Part shown: positions 1 through 7,383 of the stretch, in pieces
How the letters are laid out: the number at the start of each line of letters is the position of its first letter
Numbering within the stretch: the first letter of the stretch is position 1
DNA from: Dehalococcoidia bacterium
Lineage (GTDB): Bacteria > Chloroflexota > Dehalococcoidia > Lucifugimonadales > UBA3495
Length of the DNA: 64,000 bases
NCBI GenBank assembly: GCA_965220505.1
Contig: CBDCQE010000001.1
Location: 1,115,082-1,179,081 of the forward strand
Direction of reading: 5' to 3'
Notes under the pieces: model-generated
What the model was told of the DNA's origin: nothing
The model's database searches: none
What the model saw: only the letters and a program-made list of their open reading frames with translations
Program-made: the position numbers and the translations under genes

Positions 1-29
1 CAGCATTGGGCAGGCACCGCCAGGAGGCC

Positions 30-70
30 GGAGAAAAGCAAATCGCCGACGTGGTTTAGGACGTCGGCGG
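30..70 (-). terminator. Rho-independent terminator downstream of tRNA-Glu
   Basis: 9-bp inverted repeat CGCCGACGT (44-52) / ACGTCGGCG (61-69) with an 8-nt loop. On the minus strand it is followed by ATTTGCTTTTCTC. Confidence 0.7.
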
Positions 71-80
71 GAGAAATCTT

Positions 81-157
81 TGGTGGCGCATAGGGGATTC
101 GAACCCCTGATCTCCGCCTTGAGAGGGCGGTGTCCTGGGCCGCTAGACGAATGCGCC
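81..157 (-). tRNA. tRNA-Glu (anticodon CUC), CCA encoded
   Basis: The reverse complement reads GGCGCATTCGTCTAGCGGCCCAGGACACCGCCCTCTCAAGGCGGAGATCAGGGGTTCGAATCCCCTATGCGCCACCA. It has a 7-bp acceptor stem and anticodon stem CCGCC/GGCGG with loop CTCTCAA (anticodon CTC). The T-loop is GGTTCGAATCC. It closely resembles E. coli tRNA-Glu. Confidence 0.9.
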
Positions 158-265
158 AAACGATCCCGATTGACGGCCCAAACGGGAGGTTCCAGAATTA
201 TAGCACGTACCATTCAGCAGGCAACCAAATCGATGGGCTCGCACTCGCCCGGTTTCGCTGGAACT

Positions 266-356
266 GTCATTGCGAGCAAAGCGCGGCAAGCTTGTCATGG
301 CGCCAGACGCCGCCGCGGGAACGAGATCGCCGCGTTGCTGCGCTCCTTGCGACGCC
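266..356. repeat. Dispersed repeat family C, inverted pair (GTCATTGCGAGC...GCGCGGCAA / GAGATCGCCGCG...CTCCTTGCGAC)
   Basis: GTCATTGCGAGCAAAGCGCGGCAAGC at 266-292, with an oppositely oriented degenerate copy at 323-356. Related copies lie at 9110-9146, 11785-11819 and 53436-53532. The spurious ORF translation carries the typical ...PRFARNDS... string. Confidence 0.6.
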
Positions 357-659
357 AAACCGGGTACGCGTCAGAATTGGTGGGATGTGATGCCGATGAC
401 ACCCGCCAGCGATCCGGGACGTCAATCTGCTGTATCCTTACAGACATCCCAAGCCGATAATGAACTCAGCTCAACAAAGCATCGAATTATCGTATCCCCG
501 GGACCACTGCGGCCGACTACGTGGGATATCGCATGGGCCGTCAGCTACCGTCCGGTACTGTGACCGTCGGTGGCGACTACCGGAAATCGCGCTTTCGGCT
601 TATGTAAGGCACGGTTGATCCGACCCGTACAGCGCAAACACCGGACCATATCAGTGTGC

Positions 660-1784
660 ATGGGTCGGGAGAATCAACGCTCCACGCACATAGGCGACGG
701 AGTATTTTCGCAACGTTTTGGGCGTCCGGGCCATCGACTATCGACAAGGGTAAAGGCATTGGAAACAGGCAAGCTCCCTCCCGACATCCTTGAGAATCTT
801 CTGTCAGACCTCGGCGCTTCTGATCCGCGGGTATTGGTAGGGCCCGGGCTTGGCGAAGACTGCGCGGTGGTTGACATGGGCGATCGACTCCTAATCGCCA
901 AATCCGATCCTGTGACCTTCGCCGCTGACCGCGTGGGTTGGTACGTGGTCCAGGTGAACGCAAACGACGTGGCGTGCACGGGCGCGGCTCCCCGTTGGTT
1001 TTTGCCAACCGTGTTGTTGCCGACCAGCGCCACACCTGACGACCTGCGCGGCATCTTCATGGACATTTCAGTAGCATGCCGCCAGATTGGGGTCGCCGTG
1101 ATCGGTGGCCACACCGAAGTGACCGATGGGCTCCCGCACCCCATAGTTGCGGGCACGATGCTGGGTGAACTCACCGATCGGGCCCGTTTGGTTTCCACTG
1201 GTGGAGCGCAAGATGGTGACAGCATCATCGTGACTACGGGGTTGGCAATCGAGGGAACTGCGATATTGGCGCGCGAACACGCGGCCGAACTCCGGGCTCA
1301 CGGGCTCGACAAGCAGTCGTTGGAAAAAGCCGCGGGCTATCTGGGCGATCCCGGTATCAGCATCTTGCCGGCGGCGCGGGCGCTATTCGAAACACGCGCC
1401 GTACACAGCATGCACGATGTCACCGAGGGCGGGCTGATCACTGCGCTCAGGGAAATCGCAGCGGCGTCGAACCTTGGATTGGTTGCCGAAGCAGAGAGCG
1501 TGCCGCTACTTCCAGAGTGTGACGCCATCTGCGAGGCATTGGGACTTGACCCGCTGGGTTTGCTCGGATCGGGCGCATTGATCGCGACGATGTCAGCGGG
1601 AGACGTTCCGGGCGCCCTGCGCGCACTGGACCGGGTAGGGGTTACCGGCTGGGAAATCGGCCAGATGATGGAGCCTACGGACGGCCTGTGGCTGATCGAC
1701 AGGAATGGTGAACGCACGCTGCCTGAATTCCGGCGCGATGAACTGGCGCGCTACCTGGAAGAACGCAGTCACTCCTCCAGGTAG
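660..1784 (+). CDS. AIR synthase-related protein (PurM/HypE/ThiL/SelD superfamily)
   Basis: The translation has the PurM-like N and C domains (GEDCAVVD..., DPVTF, NDVACTGAAP, IGGHTEVT, MHDVTEGGL). The start is uncertain: ATG 660 or in-frame TTG 759. No SelD-type GCGCK/GUGCK motif is present. Confidence 0.75.
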   Translation: MGRENQRSTHIGDGVFSQRFGRPGHRLSTRVKALETGKLPPDILENLLSDLGASDPRVLVGPGLGEDCAVVDMGDRLLIAKSDPVTFAADRVGWYVVQVNANDVACTGAAPRWFLPTVLLPTSATPDDLRGIFMDISVACRQIGVAVIGGHTEVTDGLPHPIVAGTMLGELTDRARLVSTGGAQDGDSIIVTTGLAIEGTAILAREHAAELRAHGLDKQSLEKAAGYLGDPGISILPAARALFETRAVHSMHDVTEGGLITALREIAAASNLGLVAEAESVPLLPECDAICEALGLDPLGLLGSGALIATMSAGDVPGALRALDRVGVTGWEIGQMMEPTDGLWLIDRNGERTLPEFRRDELARYLEERSHSSR

Positions 1785-2737
1785 AGGTCGATGCAATCGC
1801 GCAGTTGCGCCAGCGTGATGTTGCCGCCGCTCACCGTGATCGATATCTTGCGCCCGCGAACCAAGTCCCCACGACGGACCGCGCCGGCCAACGCCGTTGC
1901 CCCCGCTCCTTCGGCAAGGGTGTGCGCCTTTTCGATCAACATCGCCACGGCGCGACGAATCTCGTCCTCACTCACCAGCACGAAATCGTGCAGGCGGTGC
2001 CGCATGATCTGCTGGGGCAACTCGTAGCCTTCAGCCGTGGCCGTCCCCTCTACCCAGGTGCGCATCGGCGCCTGCACCAGTTGACCCTGCTGCCAGGAGA
2101 GGTATGCAGCGGGAGCGGCTTCGGATTGAACCGCGACGACGCGGATTTCCGGGTTGAGCGCCTGCGCGACGATGCAGGCTCCGGAAATTCCGCTACCGCC
2201 ACCGATCGGCAGGAACATTACATCCACGTCGGGCAGTTCTTCGATGATCTCCAGGCTTGCCGTGGCTACTCCAGCGATGAGTTCCGGCTCATTGACCGGA
2301 TGTACATATCGGTAGCCCTCTTCTGCGGCCAGTCGCTCGCAGTACCGGCGAGCCTCATCAAAGTTCGCGCCGTGGAAGATCAGTTCGGCTCCTAAAGCCT
2401 CCATTGACGCGACCTTGTTCGGGTTCGCGTCCACCGGCAGTCCGATCAGGGCCCTGGCTCCGAACGCCCGGCAAGCGCTGGCGATCGATTGACCGTGATT
2501 CCCACTGCTGGCGGTGATCACGCCGCGCTGCCGGTCCTCTGGATCCATGTTGGCGAGGAGATTGATACCTCCGCGAGCCTTGAAAGCTCCCAGCGGCAGG
2601 TGCTCTTCGTGTTTCAGGTATACCTCCGCGTCCAGCACCTGACTCAGTCCAGCTGAATAGGTAAGCGGCGTGCGCGGGAAGTAAGGTCCGATCGTGGCGC
2701 GAGCGCGGTAAACGTCACGCAAGGTTGGGATGTACAA
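1769..2737 (-). CDS. PLP-dependent threonine/serine dehydratase family enzyme (fold type II)
   Basis: FKARGG (PLP-lysine motif), SSGNHGQS and GGGSG glycine loop. Length is 322 aa. It overlaps the convergent upstream gene by 16 nt. Confidence 0.85.
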   Translation of the reverse strand: MYIPTLRDVYRARATIGPYFPRTPLTYSAGLSQVLDAEVYLKHEEHLPLGAFKARGGINLLANMDPEDRQRGVITASSGNHGQSIASACRAFGARALIGLPVDANPNKVASMEALGAELIFHGANFDEARRYCERLAAEEGYRYVHPVNEPELIAGVATASLEIIEELPDVDVMFLPIGGGSGISGACIVAQALNPEIRVVAVQSEAAPAAYLSWQQGQLVQAPMRTWVEGTATAEGYELPQQIMRHRLHDFVLVSEDEIRRAVAMLIEKAHTLAEGAGATALAGAVRRGDLVRGRKISITVSGGNITLAQLRDCIDLYLEE

Positions 2738-2899
2738 GGTCAGTCTCCGTTGTAACCGCCATCGCGGCTATGCAGGGTCGACGGCAAGGTTAGGCAGGCC
2801 TCCCGGGAGTGTCAACCTCCGCACTTACAACATTGAGCCCGTCGGGGCATCTGAGCGCACAGCCGAAACCCGCGACTGGGTCCGTGCTCACTACACCCC

Positions 2900-3610
2900 T
2901 TGAGATGTACTGTGCGGAAATTAACAGGTTAGTACACGTACCTTTACGCCGTATGATCCACATATTGTGTAACGATGCAGTTCCTGCATTGTGATAAATG
3001 CAACGAATGCGTCGAATGGGTACAAACGGCCTGACACAGTGTAAACTACTGATCTCTCAGTACGCCACCGTTTGCATTACATTTCGGTAATTGCGGTACA
3101 CGCATTGCAACGGCTGGATCCTCCTGATGATAATGCCACTGTGCGTTACACGTGTACCGACAGATGGTACACGCATCGCTCCATGAAGCGCCGACGAATG
3201 CAACGTAGAGAACGCGGTCCCAAGCGGTACACCGACGAGTATTCGGAGGATACCAGCTGAGGCATCCGGACCCCCAGGGCCGATTATCCCCGGCAACAAC
3301 GTTCGCGTCTCCATTCGCCCGACGCCAGGCACGTCGATAGGGTCCGGAAACGCCAAACTGGCCCAAGATAGCGAAAATTGCCCGGATTCGGTTTCCGCCT
3401 TCCTAGCGTTCAGCGTCGTGGTATGCCAAAATAAGCACGTAACCAGGGGCGTTCTAAAATAATATAAAAAACTTTTAGGACTGTTCTTTGGCTGCGCTTG
3501 ACAATCGTCCAATTCGTCAGTAGTGTAACGTCACGCTCACTTCGGTAATCGAAAAATGGGGTACCTGCCCTGTCGATTAGCGAATGTACAAAAATTGGTA
3601 CACCGTCGGA
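2900..3610. repeat. Lower-GC non-coding region with iterated GGTACAC-core and ATGCAAC motifs (iteron/operator-like array)
   Basis: Exact GGTACAC occurs at 3095, 3166, 3226 and 3597 (+) and at 3152-3158 (-). Two copies extend to GGTACACGCAT. Variants are found at 2932, 3019 and 3585. There is a perfect palindrome TACACGTGTA at 3147-3156. (A/T)TGCAAC occurs at 2998, 3105 and 3198. An inverted repeat ATGCAGttcCTGCAT lies near 2974-2989. No convincing ORF is present. Confidence 0.55.
3498..3526 (+). promoter_or_regulatory. Candidate sigma-70-type promoter for the small HTH gene
   Basis: TTGACA (3498-3503), a 17-nt spacer, then TAGTGT (3521-3526). It lies about 90 nt upstream of ATG 3619. Confidence 0.35.
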
Positions 3611-3618
3611 GGTGGATC

Positions 3619-3843
3619 ATGGCACGCAAAACCAAGTTGATGCTTCGCGTAGAAAAGGAATTCGACCAGCCGCTCGAGCGCCTGCTCCCGGAACTGGTCA
3701 ACGACCAAGGGCTGACGGCAACGGCCGACACCCTGGGCGTCAGCAAAGCGACACTCGGTTACTGGATGCTCAAGATGGGCATCAACGTAAAGCGCGTCGC
3801 GTTGGCACCCGGTGAAATCCTGGAAGTCAAGCGCGTCAACTAA
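3619..3843 (+). CDS. Small helix-turn-helix DNA-binding protein (74 aa), family not recognised
   Basis: RBS GGAGGTGG at 3608-3615 precedes ATG 3619. The HTH-like segment is LTATADTLGVSKATLGYWMLKMGI. Confidence 0.65.
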   Translation: MARKTKLMLRVEKEFDQPLERLLPELVNDQGLTATADTLGVSKATLGYWMLKMGINVKRVALAPGEILEVKRVN

Positions 3844-4064
3844 TCGCAGCCACGTCGCGGAGCGCGCCTAGAGTTCGCCCGCGACGCAGGTGACACGCCA
3901 CCGGCCCACAGGCGAGCGGGTCGAAGGCGCACCGGTTCCTCGCGTGAGTGAGGGACAGCGGAACTCCCCGGCCGGTGGCAGATGGTCGGGGCGTTTTGCT
4001 GCCCGGCCGCGCCGGCGAACTGCTCGGGCGGCCCCGGCGCGATGAGTGGTTACGGCTCGGGCAT

Positions 4065-4092
4065 GAAAACAGGCGCCCCGTTTGGGGCGCCT
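4065..4092 (-). terminator. Rho-independent terminator of the formamidase gene
   Basis: AGGCGCCCC (4071-4079) / GGGGCGCCT (4084-4092) with loop GTTT. On the minus strand the stem is followed by GTTTTCATG. Confidence 0.65.
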
Positions 4093-4119
4093 CAAGTAAG
4101 TCGCAGGTGTGCGGATGAA

Positions 4120-5232
4120 CTATCCGATGAAAATGTCCTCGGGCAGGAAGGCGGACACCGTGACGTTGGGCAGGTCCACAATGTTGCTGACACGGAGATC
4201 CACGGCCACACTACAGATTATGTAGGCTTGTTCAGCGGTCCAGCCGCGCTCCTGCAACAGCGCGATCATGTTGAGCAGAGCGTTCCGAGCTGCCAACGAC
4301 AGGCTGTCTTCGCCCTCCTGGGTTCCATCCTCGCGGATGGGATAACCGATGGTGGCGGTGAAATTGCGGGGAGCGGCCCACTCCGGCGGGAGGAAGTAGC
4401 CGGGGTGAGAGTAACGGGGGAAGGTTATGTTATGCCGCGCAGCCTCGCCCTTGTGGATGGCAAAACGCACGGCCGCGGTTGCGCCCATTTCGATGGCCGT
4501 GATGCAGACCTCGCCATCGCCCTGGGCGAAGTGGCCGTCTCCGGCGGAGTAGAGGCCGCCGGGCACGGCTACGGGGATGAACAGGCGCGAACCCGTGGTC
4601 AACTGCTTGGCGTCGACGTTGCCGCAGTTCTCGCGGGGCGGGATGGTGCGCAGGCCCTCGTTGGCGATCCGGCCGCCGGCAGGCACGGCATCCTCGGGAT
4701 CGGGCGGGGCGGCCGTACCGCCCCGGCGCACGTAATCGGCCTCGCGGGCGGCCCAGGCGGCCATCTGCGCGTGGGAGGGCGCCAAACCGGCGGTGCCCAT
4801 GAAAGAGCCGTCGGGGATGCGCACGCCGGGGATCTGCGCTGAGGTGGCCCAGCCGTCGACGATGTCCCAATGGACGAGGTAGGGATCAGTGAACACGTCT
4901 CGGAGGAATCCGGCGCCGGGACGGTTGCGGGTCCAGCCGCGAGGCTGAGCGGTTATGTCAAGGTACTCAATCTCCAGCAGGTCGCCCGGTTCGGCGCCCT
5001 TGACGTAGACCGGGCCGGTCAGGGGGTGTCCGACCTTGGCATCTAGATCGGCCAGATCCGCGCCGGTCATGTCAGGCTGGATCTGGGAGTCGGAGGCATC
5101 GCGGGTTTCGAGGACGACCTCCTCGCCGGGATCGACTTCCACGATGGGCGGGATGTCCGGGTGCCAGCGGTTGTGGCCGAATTGGGGTTCTTCCTTGAGG
5201 CGCTTGGCGCGGTTGATTGTTACGGATTGCAT
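4120..5232 (-). CDS. Acetamidase/formamidase family protein (FmdA/AmdA)
   Basis: The N-terminus ...FGHNRWHPDIPPIVEVDPGEEVVLETRDASD... and overall layout are typical of the family. RBS AAGAGG lies 7 nt upstream of the ATG. Confidence 0.88.
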   Translation of the reverse strand: MQSVTINRAKRLKEEPQFGHNRWHPDIPPIVEVDPGEEVVLETRDASDSQIQPDMTGADLADLDAKVGHPLTGPVYVKGAEPGDLLEIEYLDITAQPRGWTRNRPGAGFLRDVFTDPYLVHWDIVDGWATSAQIPGVRIPDGSFMGTAGLAPSHAQMAAWAAREADYVRRGGTAAPPDPEDAVPAGGRIANEGLRTIPPRENCGNVDAKQLTTGSRLFIPVAVPGGLYSAGDGHFAQGDGEVCITAIEMGATAAVRFAIHKGEAARHNITFPRYSHPGYFLPPEWAAPRNFTATIGYPIREDGTQEGEDSLSLAARNALLNMIALLQERGWTAEQAYIICSVAVDLRVSNIVDLPNVTVSAFLPEDIFIG

Positions 5233-5283
5233 GGGACAACCTCTTACGCAATTGGTCGCTTTGTTGCGCGGTTCGGTTTGGAA

Positions 5284-6303
5284 TTACGGTGAGGTTCCGT
5301 GGTACCACTTGTCTATTATCGGGGCCAGCGCGTCGGAGTGCGACTGGAAAGCGTCATCAATTTGTCGGATGCCCACCGGGGAACCGTCGAACTCGTCGGC
5401 ATAATCTTCGACCAGGGATGCCAAGTAGAGATTTCGCAGCCCCTCACGGAAAGCTGCATCGCCCAGGGTGTTATAAATCTCCAGGACGAACTGGCCGCCC
5501 AGAGCATAGTTGCAGCGATAGTCGTAGATAACGCCGGCGGCGTCAAGGCGTTCCAGTAAGGTGATATTGTCGCCGGCCGGGCAATAGGTGTATTCGATGG
5601 TCACGGGCGCTCCGGTGCGCTCGTTTTCCGCGACGGCAGCCAACAGTTCGGCCAGCCCTTCATCAAGCCAGTTGGGGTTACCGCGCCAGTAGTAATGGGC
5701 CACCTCGTGGGCCATCAGGTGGCCGGCGTAGCCGGCTTCGTCGCCACCGTCGTCGGCATCATATTCCGGCAACATCACAAAATAATCGCCGTAGTTAGTG
5801 CCGTGAGCGTAACCCAGCACCGCGGTTCCAAAGAGCAGTCCGACAAAGTTGGTGGGCATGGCCGTGCCCATAAATCTCTCGACGCTGCCAACACTATGCT
5901 GCAACAGGTCCATGCTGCGAGGTGCGCCAGCCTCGGTGCGGATGATGGCGAGATCAACGGCGCCGGTGTGGGGCTGAGTCACTGCGTGCCGTTCCACGTC
6001 AACTCGCTTGGGGTCCAGCAGAGGACGCAGAAAAGCCGGCGCAGCCTCGTTTACACTGTCCATGAGGGCTACTACCGGGGCCCACTCGTCGGTGATGCCG
6101 TCCTTGAGCGTCGGGTGCGCAAGCACTTCGCGCAGAGCCAGAATCTCGGTATAGGCCAGCCAGGACAAAGCATCCAGCGCGGCGGCATCGGTTGGTTCCA
6201 GCGTTTCCAGGAAGGGCATGTTCGCGACGTGCCGGGCCAACGCCATATCTTCGTCGTTGATGTAATACAAGCTGCTGACCGAGCGAGCCGCGTCATCGGT
6301 CAA
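5284..6303 (-). CDS. Gluzincin-type zinc metallopeptidase domain. This is the 3' part of a frameshifted gene (see finding).
   Basis: HEVAH...WLDEGLAE (HExxH plus a downstream Glu, M1-like WLxEG signature). The listed start is TTG 6303. The N-terminus continues the repeat pattern of the upstream ORF. Confidence 0.7.
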   Translation of the reverse strand: MTDDAARSVSSLYYINDEDMALARHVANMPFLETLEPTDAAALDALSWLAYTEILALREVLAHPTLKDGITDEWAPVVALMDSVNEAAPAFLRPLLDPKRVDVERHAVTQPHTGAVDLAIIRTEAGAPRSMDLLQHSVGSVERFMGTAMPTNFVGLLFGTAVLGYAHGTNYGDYFVMLPEYDADDGGDEAGYAGHLMAHEVAHYYWRGNPNWLDEGLAELLAAVAENERTGAPVTIEYTYCPAGDNITLLERLDAAGVIYDYRCNYALGGQFVLEIYNTLGDAAFREGLRNLYLASLVEDYADEFDGSPVGIRQIDDAFQSHSDALAPIIDKWYHGTSP

Positions 6304-7301
6304 GCTTTCTGCCAGCCAAGATTTGCCAGCTCCACATCATCATCGGCAATCCAGGTCAGGCGTTCAATGGTGGTTCGCTCGAATTCGTCCAAGCCATCCA
6401 CGAGCCAGGGGAAGGAGATGAGACGGTCGGTGAGTCCCACATCATCGCGCGCGATGTAGTGCAAGTCGGATAAAAGGGTAGCTTCGATTTGCGTAACGCC
6501 GTCCTCCAGCCAAGCCAGGGCAATCAATCGCTCCGCCAGCGACGCATCATAGCGCATGGTAAATCGCAAGTCGGATAAGACACCGGCCTCCGTCTGCGTG
6601 ATGCCGTCATCCAGCCAAGAGAGCGCAATCAATTGCTTTGCCAAGTCCAAGTCGTGGTCTGAAATCTCCCACAATATTTCCACCGTTTCAGCTTCTGGTT
6701 GCGCAACGTCGTCCGCCAACCACGGCAGTTCTGTAACCTGTTTGGCAAAGGTCGGAAGATCGTAGCCAATATCGCCGATGCGCTCGATGGCGGCTCTTTC
6801 CGGGCCGTTTACGCCATCGGCGACCCAGGGGCGGTCCAATATTATTTTGGCGACGGCGGGGCTTTGCTCAATTAGCGTTGACAGTTCCCGGACCGCTGGG
6901 CGTTCGGATTCGTCGATACCATCGGCTACCCAAGGCAACCGGGCGGCACTTATGGGGGTTGGCGTCGGGGTTGGAATGGGAGTGGGGGTAGGGACGGGCG
7001 TCGGAGTTGGGATGAGCGTGGGTACAGGCGTTGGCGCCGGGAGCGGAGTATAAGCAGGCGCGGGGGTGGCCGTTGGGATCGGCGTCGGGAGGGCAGCAGC
7101 AAGCGTGGGCAGCACTCGCGCCGCGGTCGGGACGCTCACGGATGAGGCGCGCGGCTGCGTTGTGCTAGCGGCGGACGCCGGTGGATCTGACCGGAGCGGC
7201 CAGGGTCTTTCGATAGATTCAGTGAGTATGGCTAACCCAAATCCTGCGCCAACTGCGGCAACCAGAATTAACAACACTACCGAAATGGTTACGAAACGCA
7301 T
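6300..7301 (-). CDS. Membrane-anchored Pro/Thr-rich linker plus six ~35-aa W(L/V)xDG repeats. This is the 5' part of a frameshifted gene.
   Basis: N-terminal TM helix (FVTISVVLLILVAAVGAGFGLAIL), then a PT-rich linker. The repeats are PWVADGIDESER, PWVADGVNGPER, PWLADDVAQPEA, SWLDDGITQTEA, AWLEDGVTQIEA and PWLVDGLDEFER. Confidence 0.7.
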   Translation of the reverse strand: MRFVTISVVLLILVAAVGAGFGLAILTESIERPWPLRSDPPASAASTTQPRASSVSVPTAARVLPTLAAALPTPIPTATPAPAYTPLPAPTPVPTLIPTPTPVPTPTPIPTPTPTPISAARLPWVADGIDESERPAVRELSTLIEQSPAVAKIILDRPWVADGVNGPERAAIERIGDIGYDLPTFAKQVTELPWLADDVAQPEAETVEILWEISDHDLDLAKQLIALSWLDDGITQTEAGVLSDLRFTMRYDASLAERLIALAWLEDGVTQIEATLLSDLHYIARDDVGLTDRLISFPWLVDGLDEFERTTIERLTWIADDDVELANLGWQKA

Positions 7302-7330
7302 CTAATCGGGGCCACATCTAATCGGGGCCA
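7299..7330. repeat. Perfect 16-bp tandem duplication CATCTAATCGGGGCCA x2 covering the start codon
   Basis: Read directly: 7299-7314 and 7315-7330 are identical. The first copy contains the ATG (7301..7299, minus strand) of the repeat protein. Confidence 0.85.
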
Positions 7331-7368
7331 ATCGAAATAATGAGGGGCAACCTCAAGGGGTTGCCCCT
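7331..7368 (-). terminator. Rho-independent terminator of the TPP-enzyme gene 7384..9066
   Basis: AGGGGCAACC (7343-7352) / GGTTGCCCCT (7359-7368). On the minus strand it is followed by CATTATTTCGATT. Confidence 0.65.
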
Positions 7369-7383
7369 ACAGTCTGGCGACGG

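Noticed and set aside
660-1784. Possibility that the AIR-synthase-related protein is selenophosphate synthetase SelD, given selC in the window.
   Set aside because: No N-terminal G(C/U)GCK motif. The sequence looks closer to HypE/ThiL-like AIR-synthase-related proteins than to SelD as I recall it.
2945-2965. DnaA-box-like TGATCCACA in the iteron region, raising the idea of oriC.
   Set aside because: There is a single one-mismatch box, no cluster of DnaA boxes, and no dnaA/dnaN or other origin-linked genes nearby.
81-3843. Integrated element at tRNA-Glu (tRNA, lower-GC region and small HTH gene).
   Set aside because: No integrase, no direct repeat of the tRNA 3' end that I could find, and ordinary metabolic genes lie between the tRNA and the AT-richer region.
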